Source: Podarcis melisellensis (Eukaryota). From it: a stretch of DNA of 64,000 nucleotides. Below are positions 27,086 to 38,597 of the stretch, in pieces. Made by a program: the position numbers and the translations under genes. Below the pieces are notes generated by a model. That model was not told the DNA's origin and made no database searches. It saw nothing but the letters and a program-made list of their open reading frames with translations. The DNA lies in the NCBI GenBank assembly GCA_964234715.1, contig OZ174289.1; one strand, 5' to 3'. How positions within the stretch are numbered: position 1 is the stretch's first letter; each line of letters opens with the position of its first letter.

Positions 27086-27225
27086 CTGACTGGATTACTC
27101 GTTAGAGAGACTCTCAGGGACTCTAAGCAGTTCAGAAGTTTTTCCTCTGAGATACCCGATCGTAGTTCATGGACATATTCTTGAGATGACAGAGTGCATT
27201 CGTGTTTACTATTTTTCAGGCCTCC
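27086..27225 (-). CDS. DIAPH2: DIAPH2 exon (equivalent to human exon 5), 140 nt: GGLKNSKHECTLSSQEYVHELRSGISEEKLLNCLESLRVSLTSNPV(S)
   Basis: aaaaag|GGA...GTC AG|gtaggt; conserved LESLRVSLT motif. Confidence 0.96.
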
Positions 27226-27664
27226 CTTTTTAGGGGAAGAAAAAGAGTGTTATAAATGTATCAGAATACAAAGAGTTATTTTACAAACACATATGTCAAC
27301 TTAAGCAAGACTGGTGTTTCACCATATCTCCAAGTTTCACTCTTATCAGAAAGTTGTTTTTGTTCCTATTTTTATTATGCATGTTGTGGTTTTTTATATT
27401 GTAATTTTATTGTGTGAACCACCCTGAGATATACAGATGATGGGCGGTGTACAAATTTAATTAATAAATAATGATGATGATCATAGTTCTTGCACATCCA
27501 GTGATCTATGGTGGCCCTGTGCAGAAATAACGGTTCTTTAACCATAGTTAAGGAATGAGTTGTTGGAATGTACTGTTCATTCCTACAATCCCTTCTCTTC
27601 TCATGCCTTCTCAATAAACTTTAAACCAGGGTTAGAAGTTACTGTGAAATCCAGTTAACCATAA

Positions 27665-29487
27665 CACTGCACAACACACAAAGTACCTCTGAATGTAAAC
27701 ACCCAATCTTTACTAATTTTGAGGTGCTGATCACGAAAATTACAATAACATTTGTTGATTGGCTCCTATTTAGGAGATAGAAAGACTGTCATGTAAAAAC
27801 GACCCAGTCCGCATTAAGTACGTAATTTCATTTGGCAATGTTATATTTCTAATTCCAGATTGTGAAATATGGCATCATAATGCATCAGTCTGTTATACAC
27901 ACCACTCCCAAGAACAAGGGCATGCAGCTGAATAATGCAGTTGAGTCACGACATTGCAACTTTAAGATGGCTGAAATAAGATGTTGAGATATCTGATAAG
28001 AAGTGAAGTCTCACAGGGTGAGCAAGTCATTTGTGTGACTTCATGTGTTAAGCTCCCATTACTCCTGTGTCATAAGTACTACACAAGTAATCCCTGCACT
28101 GTAAATCCAGAAGTAGTGATGCCTCATAAATGTGTTAACAATTGTTACATTAATAGGAAATGTTTGTAAGCCAGAAAAGGGCCATAACTCCAATAGTGTG
28201 GGGGAAAGGTGTTATCAGCTTTATTTTGGATGCAATATCAGGGAACAGGACAAGGCCTGGACCCCGCACATATGCTGCAGTATGTGTGCAAGAAATCTTC
28301 CAAAATGGCTGAAAGGCATAAAAGAGGGGTAATGTCATTTGCTGTTCCCTATGCACAAAAACGACTGCTCCTTCTACATGGTACTACCTGTTTCTGGAAG
28401 CATCACAAGGAAAAAGAAGTGGGCAGTAGTGTGCCTGAAAATACCATCTGATTCTCACCCATTCCAGTGAGAACACGCTGCCTACATGAAAGAAAGCTAT
28501 GACAACCTAAAATAGCTGTTAGACTGCTTTCAATACAGCAGGTATGGATGACATCTCTGTGGTGACTTGAAAGCAGTGTCTGTGTTGATGGGTCCGCAGC
28601 TGGGATATACAAATGCCACTAGGTTTTTTGTGTGTGACTAGGACTACCGAGCAAAGACATTCCACTATGTGAAGAGAGAACGGTCTCAACGGAAATCTCT
28701 GAAGGTTAGAGAGAAGAATGTGGTACACCCAGCACTGGCAGAAACACAAAAAAATCCACCGCTACACATCAAACTTGGTCTTATGAAAAACTTCATAAAA
28801 GCCATGGACTAAGACAGGATCAGCTTTCAATCTAACAAATTCCGTCAACTCAGTGCAGCAAAAATTAAAGACAGAATTTTTGTGGATCCTCGGATCCATG
28901 AGCTCTTTAAAGACCAGATGTTCGACAACCTGCTTCAAGGTGACGAGAAAAAAGTTTGGGATGCATTTTGTCTTGTGTCAACTAACTTCCTTGGGAATGT
29001 CAGGAGAGAAAACTACAAGGAACTGGTTGAGGTCACATTGTCTCTGTATCACAAATTTGGCTGCAAAATGCCCTTAAAGATACACTTTCTCCAATCCCAC
29101 TTGGATTTATTCCCCATCAGCTGCAATATGGTTAGTGATAAGCACGGTAAACAGTTTTCATCCGGAAATTGTAACATGGAGAAATGATACCAGTGAAAGT
29201 AGTCCATTTCCATGTTGGCTGACTACTGCTGGATATTTGCCAGAGACAATCCTGAGCAGCTATGCAAGTAACAAGCAAAGCAGCATGAGATGTAGAAGAA
29301 GGCTTTTACCAATACATGTCATATATACGTATTTCTTGATTATATAATAAACTATTGCAGCTCTCTAAGAAAAAGTAGTCAATTTTGTATTTTCATTGTC
29401 ATATTCATGCTCAGCACCTAAAAATCTATAGGAAATGGCTATTTTTATCATAGAGGCATGACTTTTGTCAAATTTTGTTGTGTAGTG
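27665..29487 (+). mobile_element. Chapaev3-type (CMC superfamily) DNA transposon with decayed transposase, 1823 bp
   Basis: TIR CACTGCACAACA / TGTTGTGTAGTG; 3-bp TSD TAA at 27662-27664 and 29488-29490; subterminal inverted motif AGGTGCTGA; transposase remnants QDKAWTPHICC, PPLHIKLGLMKNF, FLGN, KIHFLQSHLDLFP and MLADYCW, broken by frameshifts. Confidence 0.85.
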
Positions 29488-31552
29488 TAATTCATGCTAA
29501 CCTGTAAAACAAAATAAAGTTTAATTTGTAATTCTTTACCGATCAAAACAAGTAACAGCTTACACATTTCTTCAATTTCCCTTGTACTCAACAAAAACAA
29601 ATTAACAAAATTAAACAAAATTAATATCAATATCAAAATGACAAGGTTTCCATTTTTAGGCTAATCTTTAGTGCCTTTTTTGTAGTATACCTGCTATGGG
29701 ACATGTGTTTTGGGCATATGTGGGAGGAAGCACAGGCCACAGAAACAAGGAAGTGTATGCTTAAATACACGTCCATAGAAGTCATGGGTCTCAACAACCA
29801 TAGCTGGTTATCACATTTGTTAATGCAATCAGCATTCCACTTTGTGTTACCATCACAATGCAACAGGGAAGTGGTCTTAGTTCTTGAACAGTGTATACCT
29901 TTAAATAATTCCTAACTCAATTCATACAAAAATCTGTCAAATTTACATGTGATACATTTTTGCTTAAGGGAGGTTTTTGTTTTTTTTTACACTTCTTACC
30001 CTTCCCTTTCTATTTTATGGCAACTATAACTTGGCTGAATATTCACTAAAAATGAATGTCTAGAATTCAGAACTCAATAAACTCATCTTAAGTTAATCAA
30101 GGTGGCACAGTCGCTGATATTAATATCAGCTTGATCAGTAACACACATCAATTTTGCTTCAATTTTAAACAGAAATAGTTATACTGTGAGCAATATTATA
30201 ATGAAGCTTTGAATATTTGCTTTCTTTTTAATCCTGCCATAAAGCATCAACAGTACAAAGCTAGAATCTGTTCAAGCACTGTTTGTGAATTTAGTGTCTC
30301 TTCATTCACCTATTTTTAAGACTTTAGCTGCAAGTATGGCTTTGTTTTGTTTTAAATTCATGAATAACGGAAATGGATCTCAACATCAGAATGTACTATC
30401 TCTTGATACAGTTCATAAAGTAAAGGACAGAGGGTGAAAGAGCAGATGTGTGAGAGAGAGTGGGGTATTATCAATGCAGAAATCAAAAGACTGCTGACTA
30501 CTAAATTATTATGGCCCACTCTCACATGCATACATCAACTCTTTCCCCTTCTGTTCCTGACACTGAAAGCTGTACCGAAGGGTGAACATCCCAAACATAA
30601 CAAATGCTTTCCTCTTGAAGTGGAGGATCTGAAAGGTGAATACATTTAAATAATAATTGTATTTAGAGATTCGAAGTGCCTCTCCCCTAAATACTTCCCA
30701 TTCTACCACCTTCCAGAACAGTAAATTCAAACTACATGTTCAATGCAAACATCTGAATAGCAGTAACAGGCTTATACTGAAATGTAGCTTGTGGTGTCTA
30801 AGTATAGGTACTGTGAGTCGTTCCATACTTCTCTATAACTGTCTTTTTTATCCCCATTATATGTCTGTATAACAAAATTCCTGTTTCTCTTCACTGCCAC
30901 TTTGCATTACTGAAGTAATAATTCTAGCATCATCTTGGAAGGCAGTTTAAGAGTGAAGGTCAATATGAAAGCAGCACAAAAATGGTTTATAAAAAGAAAG
31001 ATTTGAAGCACACTACAGGAGACACCCAGAGCTTCCAAGCTAAAAATGTATAAAGGGGGGGGGGGAATCAAGAAAGGTTTCCCAGAAATGGAAAGCAGCA
31101 GACAAGGTACTAAAAATGCTGCTGCAAGCATTGCTGAACAAGTTTTTAAACTAATAAAAAGGCACTCCTAGAGTCAGCAGAGAAATGTAAGAGCAAACTA
31201 GTCAAAGAATGAAAAAGACAAGGTAATTTTCCATACTTATAGATTACAAAAAACCAGAAGCCTCAAAAGGCAGTCACTATATAAGCCATATGGACCTGTC
31301 ATCTGGAATTCATTAGCTTAAATCATATCAAGTTAAAACCTGCTTTCCAACATACACAAATCTGCAGGAGTGGCTATAAGACTTATCTAATCTAAGAATT
31401 TGACCATCATCACATATTGCAGGTGGTAATGCCAAAGCCTTATTACAAGACATGGAAAGAATTAGACAGACAATCATGATTCTGATCTCTATGGGATATT
31501 TACACGGAACTTTTCAAAATAGCCGACTATGCATAAGTCAATTCAGTATCAC

Positions 31553-33012
31553 TATGCCAATAACAAGGTCAGTGGAGGTGATGACATTCCAGCTGAACTA
31601 TTTAGCATTTTAAAAGATGATGGTGTTAAGGTGCTACACTCAATATGCCAGCAAGTTTGGAAAACTTAGCAGTGGCCAGAGGATTGGAGAAGATCAGTGT
31701 ACATCCCAATCCCAAAGAAGGGCAGTGCCAAAGAATGTTCCAACTACCGCACAATCGCACTCATTTCACACGCCAGCAAGGTTATGCTTAAAATTCTACA
31801 AGGCAGGCTTAAGCAGTATATGGACGGAGAACTCCCAGAAGTGCAAGCTGGATTTCAAAGGGGCAGAGGAAACAGAGATGAAATTGCAAACATGCGCTGG
31901 ATTATGGAGAAAGCTAGAGAGTTCCAGAAAAACATCTACTTCTGCTTCATTGACTACGCAAAAGCCTTTGATTGTGTCAACCACAGCAAACTGTGGCAAG
32001 TTCTTAAAGAAATGGGAGTGCCTGATCACCTCATCTGTCTCCTGAGAAATCTCTATGTGGGACAAGAAGCTGCAGTTAGAACTGGATATGGAACAACTGA
32101 TTGGTTCAAAATTGAGAAAGGAGTACAACAAAGCTGTATATTGTCTCCCTGCTTATTTAACTTATACGAAGAATTCATCATGTGAAAGGCTGGACTGGAT
32201 GGATCCCAAGCCGGAATTAAGATCGCCGGAAGAAATATCAACAATCTCAGATATGCAGATGAGGCAGAAAGTGAGGAGGAATTAAAGAACCTTTTAATGA
32301 GGGTGAAAGAGGAGAGCGCAAAATATGGTCTGAAGCTCAACATAAAAAAACAACAACAACTAAGATCATGGCCACTGGTCCCATCACCTCCTGGCAAATA
32401 AAAGGGTAAGAAATGGAGGTAATGAGAGATTTTACTTTCTTGGGCTCCATGATCACTGCAGATGGTGACAGCAGTCACGAAATTAAAAGACGCTTGCTTC
32501 TTGGGAGAAAAGCAATGACAAACCTAGACAGCATCTTAAAAAGCAGAGATATCACCTGGCCAACAAAGGTCCGTATAGTAAAAGCTATGGTTTTCCCAGT
32601 AGTGATGTATGGAAGTGAGAGCTGGACCATCAAGAAGGCTGATCGCCGAAGAATTGATGCTTTTGAGTTATGGTGCTGGAGGAGACTCTTGAGAGTACCA
32701 AGAAGATCAAACCTATCCATTCTTAAGGAAATCAGCTCACTGAGCGCTCACTAGGAGGACAGAACCTGAAGCTGAGGCTCCATTACTTTGGCCACCTCAT
32801 GAGAAGAGAAGACTCTGGAAAAGACCCTGATGTTGGGAAAGATTGAGGGTACAAGGAGAAGGGGACGACAGAGGATGAGAGGGTTGGACACTGTTCTTGA
32901 AGCTACCAACATGAGTTTGACCAAACTGCGGGAGGCAGTGGAAGACAGGAGTGCCTGGCGTGCTCTGGTCCATGGGGTCACGAAGAGTCGGACATGACTA
33001 AACACCAACAAT
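31553..33012 (+). mobile_element. BovB (RTE clade) LINE, 5'-truncated, disrupted RT
   Basis: YIPIPKKGSAKECSNYRTIALISHASKVMLKILQ, FIDYAKAFDCV, LRYAD(E), VVMYGSESWTIKKA; 3' end CATGGGGTCACGAAGAGTCGGACATGACT plus CAA tail. Confidence 0.95.
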
Positions 33013-33909
33013 GTTTAATCTTATATCACCAAGAACAACTGAATTGTGGGCCTGGAGCATTGGTTCAGAATATAATACTTTCATATGCAAACACAGATCA
33101 ATCTATATTTAATCCTCGCTTATTTGAAGCAACAACAGTTCAGAGGACCAACATAACAGAGAACAAAGACTAGTTTAAAAGCAGAAGCCATGCAAGGAAG
33201 AGAAGAAGGAAGCAAAGAAACCCAATGCTCATACAGGCTCATTCACATAAACATTCACTAAATCATTTTAGGGTTATGTCTGAACAGCCACTGTGGCTAA
33301 TTATTCATATTCTAATTCTCAGTGGTTTGGCACATACTCAGGTAGTAGAAGAGTGTATCTATGCTTATTTAGGCAAAAATTGTGTTTCCTCCCAAAATAC
33401 AGCCTCTATGTCTTTCCAGGGATGAGCAGGTAAGAAGTGTTTAGTGCTTTCTAATGAGTCAACATCATCATAATTACTTTCCATTTCATTTCAAGTGTTA
33501 GACTGCTTCATTTCTTCTCATTAAAGAAAAGCCACTCTGAAAACATTCACAGAACTATGCTATAACAAAATTATTTTTCAATTTGTTTTCAGAAGCAAGA
33601 ATGTACTCTTCTTCTATTTTAAACAGCCATAACCATTGACAAATTAGTGAGAGTTAATGTGTATATTAGTGAATGTTGCACTTAGCATTTATATAGAGAA
33701 TGTCAAGCATTTCAAGCACTTCACAGAAATTAGCATTTTCAACAGCCTTGTAAGGTAGGTCAGCATTCTTATTCTCATACTATACATGGGATGTCTAAGT
33801 AGAACCTCTAAGGGAGTAAAAACTATGGCAAAGGGAAAATTTGAACAGAGGATCTTATCTGCCTCAGATCTCACACTTTGAACCACTTTGCACTCCCTCC
33901 CTCTCTCGC

Positions 33910-34059
33910 NNNNNNNNNNNNNNNNNNNNNNNNNNNNNNNNNNNNNNNNNNNNNNNNNNNNNNNNNNNNNNNNNNNNNNNNNNNNNNNNNNNNNNNNNNN
34001 NNNNNNNNNNNNNNNNNNNNNNNNNNNNNNNNNNNNNNNNNNNNNNNNNNNNNNNNNNN
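33910..34059. other. Assembly gap (150 N)
   Basis: Run of n characters. Confidence 0.99.
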
Positions 34060-34441
34060 TGTCTTCCCGTGTAAAAGACTTTAGCAACTAATCCACACCT
34101 AATGACCCACCTAAGTGGTACTCAGGATATCACTCAAGAAATCACTCAAGATATCCCTCAAGTAATTAAGGAACAAAAGAAGAAAAGGCACACTAGCCTG
34201 GGAACTTCCTCTCTGCCCAGAACATTGGAGGCTATACACCACACCCCCTCAACAGTATTTATAGGAACTCAAACACTGAGATCCTGCTCTGTTCCAGTAA
34301 CAAGAAGCCGAAAGCACCAGCCTGAAGATGACGAGTGAGACCTCGTCGAAACGTCGCCTAGACACCCCAACTTTTACACGGGAAGACACCCGAGGACACC
34401 AAAACCTGCATTCCTGTACCCGTGAAAATCTACGAAAGCAA
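34060..34441 (+). mobile_element. Penelope-like element terminal (pseudo-LTR) fragment
   Basis: CTGAAGATG...GAAACGTC motif typical of PLE termini; 18-nt perfect inverted repeat 34060-34077 / 34371-34388; CpGs retained; no RT or GIY-YIG ORF visible. Confidence 0.7.
34316..34362 (+). ncRNA. Minimal type I hammerhead ribozyme motif
   Basis: CUGAAGA (34322-34328), U, stem II GACGAG/CUCGUC with loop UGAGAC, GAAA (34348-34351), palindromic ACGU stem III, GUC cleavage triplet ending at 34355; stem I only about 2 bp. Confidence 0.65.
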
Positions 34442-34480
<39 letters not shown>

Positions 34481-34506
34481 TATATATACATATACATACA
34501 TATATA
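34442..34506. repeat. Compound (TA)n(CA)n microsatellite
   Basis: Seen directly, abutting the Penelope-like end. Confidence 0.9.
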
Positions 34507-36469
34507 ACGTACACTGCATAATTCATACAGTAAACATTGCATTTCTCCCATATTTATAGTTTGCATATCTGCTGGAGACTTTCTCTCTCCTGAAATAATT
34601 TTTTTTTAAATTAACATAGTTAAAATGTTACTAGATAATTAAAAAGACACTCTCTCCACCTAACCTGCATCATTGGTAAGAGTTGTTCCCCCCCCCACAA
34701 ACCTTACTCTACAAAGCATTATAAAACTGAGTAATAGAATTCATAAAATTTTGGAAAAAAACCTTTTGCAGGTAAGCTTTATGCACATGGAAAGGAGATA
34801 AAAGAACCATTTTTCCCTTCAAAGAACAGTTTCTTTTAATCTTCATATACAGAATAAAAACTTCATTTTAATTAAATTAATTTATCTATTGTATTTCAGC
34901 CAAAAACTTTCTTTTCTGCCTGGAGTTTGGCTTTTAACGTGGAGGGTTTTTATGCATGTATGACCTCTTTTGCTGGAGCAGGAGTTGCTAAACGTGTCCT
35001 CTTTTGTTTAGACATATTTGTGTTTACTGTGATTGATTGGTCTGTCTGTAAGTCACTTTGAACTTTATGAGTAAAGCAACTAATAAATAACAATAATTTA
35101 TAAATAACAACAATTTATCCAGCACAAAATGGAAAAGGCAACTAACATACAGGTAAACAAAACAAAACAAGTTCATCAAAACAAACGTATGCCTTCCTGG
35201 GACCCTCTACAGCCTGAATAAGCTATTTCATAACGTAGACTTCAGTTCTTGAAATCTTATTATTTTAACAGGAGAAATATTCAATCCACATGTGATTTCT
35301 TAAACTGTCATATTCATGATTAACAGTATCTCTACACAATGGTCCAAAACTATTTTAACTACCATGGCTTCCCCAAAGAACACTAGGAAATATATTTTTT
35401 CAAGAACAGCAAATACTGTTGGATATCTTTTACACAGAACTACAGTTCCCAGCTATGTTGGGAATTTGACAGCAAATGAGTTTTTATACTGATGTTATAA
35501 ATATAGACATGCCTTACATGCTTCCCATAACTTCTACCATGACAGATATCAACTTAAATTGTTCTGCCACAATTTCATTTTCATGACCCATACCCATTAT
35601 GTAATCAATAAAGCTTCATTACAACCTCAAGCATGCTGCAATGAAAATTGGCTTCTCTACTCTGTTTGGATTACTGTTAATTGCTTTCTCCTCTGGCAAA
35701 ACAAGACATAGCTCTATAATTTACCTTGTTTTGTTTAGGTACTACATCGGTCACTTAAACCCATGAGGCTTTTACCTTTTCAGTTCATTATGGATCACCA
35801 GCTTCCTCTAAATAGTGGTTTTCTATACAGCAGCTATTTATGGTAATGGGCTTTTAATGCCCATGTGTTTGTCATGCATTGCATATGCACAATTACATTA
35901 GTAAACAAAAAAGGGTATCAAGTTCAGATGAAGTTTTTATTTTGGGCTGACACTGGGCAGAATGCAGTAAGGAGCCACAACAAATGAGAAGCAGTCAGAG
36001 GGAAAGAACCCATCAAAAAGGTGGGAGAAGCAGCTCTTTCAGGTCTATGCAGATTCCATGGTGCCTCAGTAGAGCTGGCTCCATCCCTATTGGGGATTTA
36101 GAAAGAAATACTATACAAATTTAGATGTTCTAATTTCTGCTAAGCGAAGAATAAGCACTCTGTGTTCCTTATTCTCTTGATCTACTAAAGGTCAGTGATC
36201 CTGTCTCAGGGCACTGTAAGTGCTTTATAAAGCATTTTGCTTTTGCATTGCTTTATAGACGCTCTCTCCAGAGAGGAGCAAATATTATCACTTACACATA
36301 TTCTCCACTCTAGAGAAAGCGATTAGAGTAAGATTTCTGTAGAAGAGGGATGAGGAAGCTATGGCCACACCAAATGCCTGCTAGGTTTGAATGCTGTCTC
36401 CAGCTGTGTGATTAATGCAGAAGTAAGTTTCAGTTGCCAACTTCTGTATGTGGAACGTAGTGCGGTGTA

Positions 36470-36655
36470 TTGGGGTGATATTCAGTGTTGGGAAACCTGC
36501 TTTGCTTGCAAAAGGTCACAAGTTCAATCCTCAGCATCTTCAGGTAAGGCTGGGAAACACCCCTACCTCAAAACTCTGGAGAGCAGCTGCCAGTTGGTGT
36601 AGATAAAACTTAGATTGGCCAATCATGTTGGTATAAACTAGCTCCCTATATTTCA
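36470..36655 (+). mobile_element. tRNA-derived squamate SINE, degenerate
   Basis: Box B-like AGTTCAATCC and body GAGAGCAGCTGCCAGT..GTGTAGA shared with the 14245-14430 copy. Confidence 0.6.
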
Positions 36656-37215
36656 TGTTCATTTTTGCCTCTGGAAACAAAATGTCATGGACCAGTCCTG
36701 GCAAAATGGTGCTGGGGGTGGGAATGAGTATTTAGCCCCTTGTCCTCTGGGTTTCTGGGGGGTTTCCTGTTGTTATCCTATCTCTCACAGCTGTAATAAA
36801 CCTACCATTAAAATTATGGACTGGTCATTTCTTCGTCAGAGGGCAAATGGGCAAATTTAGCAGGGGATCAAATACTTTTCCCCTCACTGTATGGCTTGAT
36901 TTTAGATACAAAGGCAGTAAAATTTCAATCCTTAAGTGCCTGGTTGCTTGGTCAAGCTACTAATGAACAGTCAGTCTTGAAAGGTTAATGAGGCTAGAGA
37001 TTCAACAGCTGAGATCAGTACAGATCTCTAAGCTCATTAGACCAATATCACTTGATAGCATCAACATCCTATTGCTTTGCTATATGGTAGGTAGAAAAAC
37101 AATAATTTATACCTCCTTGTAATATCTGCATTTGCCCACAAGACTGGTTAGGGGTACTGGTTAGAAGAGGAACTCTCCAGAAGATTATCAGTACTTTACA
37201 CAATAACTTTTAAAA

Positions 37216-38132
37216 TTGGGATGGCTAACCTTTTTTGGTACAAGGACAACACTGATGGCTTGTGGTGTGTGTGACCAATATTTGCTTGTACACAGGGGCA
37301 TACTTAGGCTGGCCTGTCAAAGATGCAGTCCAGAGAGGTACAAAAATCAAACCTCTCCACTTTGCCTCAGATGGGTATGAGCTTGCTCCCTGGGCCACTC
37401 CTCTGCTGCTCTGGACAGCTGGGCAAAGTATGCAGGCACCTCTGGGTGCCTTGGCAGTAAAATTCCGCCACTGGTGCAGGTCATTACAACAGCCCTGCAG
37501 GGCCCCCTCCCCAGTCGGCCAGCAGCACTATTAGAAACGTGAGCAGAGTGCCCAGCAGGGCACAGAGGGAAGAAAGACAGAGAGCTGGAGAGTGCTAAGG
37601 GCACAAGGGACAGTGGGGATTTGGATACATCGCCTAGCTAAGGGCATAAGAGGCGGGCAGGGGGGTGCCGATACAGCTCTTGCTGAGAGCACAAGGAAGC
37701 CTAGGTATGCATTTCCATGCAAACTGCACATACAGGAACACAGATCTGTCACATATATGCACACACACATACTATCAGAATTTCCAGACCTCTCCACTGC
37801 AGCCACTGAGATGGCTTTACACTTACGTTTCCATGAAAAATAAAAGGCAGCATTTCTTCCCACCCCATGCTCTTAGCTCAGGGGTAGAAATGATACATTT
37901 TAGTCTTAAAAAAAAAAGCAGAAGAACTTTGTTTCCAATCTTAGCATAGAATTGCCTAGTTCAAAGTTCAGAGGAGAAAAGACCATTCTGTCTGCTCTTT
38001 AGGGAGGCTCCATAAAAGAGTAGGTAGAAAGCTTTATCTCCTGATCAGATTGGGAAATACAGCTGCAGGGCCTGTTGTGTCCTTTCCTATGGCTTGGTGG
38101 GCCAAATGCAGGTCACAGGTTAGCCACCCTTG
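37216..38132. mobile_element. Possible old non-autonomous hAT element, about 0.9 kb
   Basis: Inverted ends GGGATGGCTAACC / GGTTAGCCACCC; imperfect 8-bp flanks ttttaaaa/tgctaaaa. Confidence 0.45.
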
Positions 38133-38472
38133 TGCTAAAACTATGTCCAGATGGGAGGCCTATTCACTAAATGTCCACTCCTATACCCACCCACCTAAAT
38201 TTCTATCATTAAAAAGCTGAAAACTTATTAAGTTTACTATTATGCTAACATTGCCATTTATTTTGCCCTACTGTAGTATGGGCAAACAGATTTTATACAT
38301 TCAAAAACCTGGAAAATCCATTTGAGAAGAGCTGATAGGAAAAAATAAAGAAAGAGAATATGTGTGCTATGCATAATAACTGTACCATACCAGCTTCAGC
38401 TTTCCTAAAACTATTGTTTTCTCCAGATTTGAAGAGGGCTTCATCCATCAGCTACAATTAACAATCCTTAAG

Positions 38473-38597
38473 GTCGTGTTGGGGAACCTGTGGGACTAGG
38501 ATTCCCATCATTCCTGACCATTAGCAATGATGATTGGGCCTGCTGGGAATCAGAGAGTAACAACATCTAGAATGACCACAGGTTCTCATTTCCTGCC
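38473..38597. mobile_element. URR1-like hAT MITE, degenerate
   Basis: GGGAACCTGTGG / CCACAGGTTCTC ends and CCCATCATTCCTGACCA core as in 4862-4998; further decayed copies near 54030-54170 and 57625-57715. Confidence 0.6.

Noticed and set aside
33689-34091. ORFs containing X runs
   Set aside because: Artefacts of translating through the N gap.
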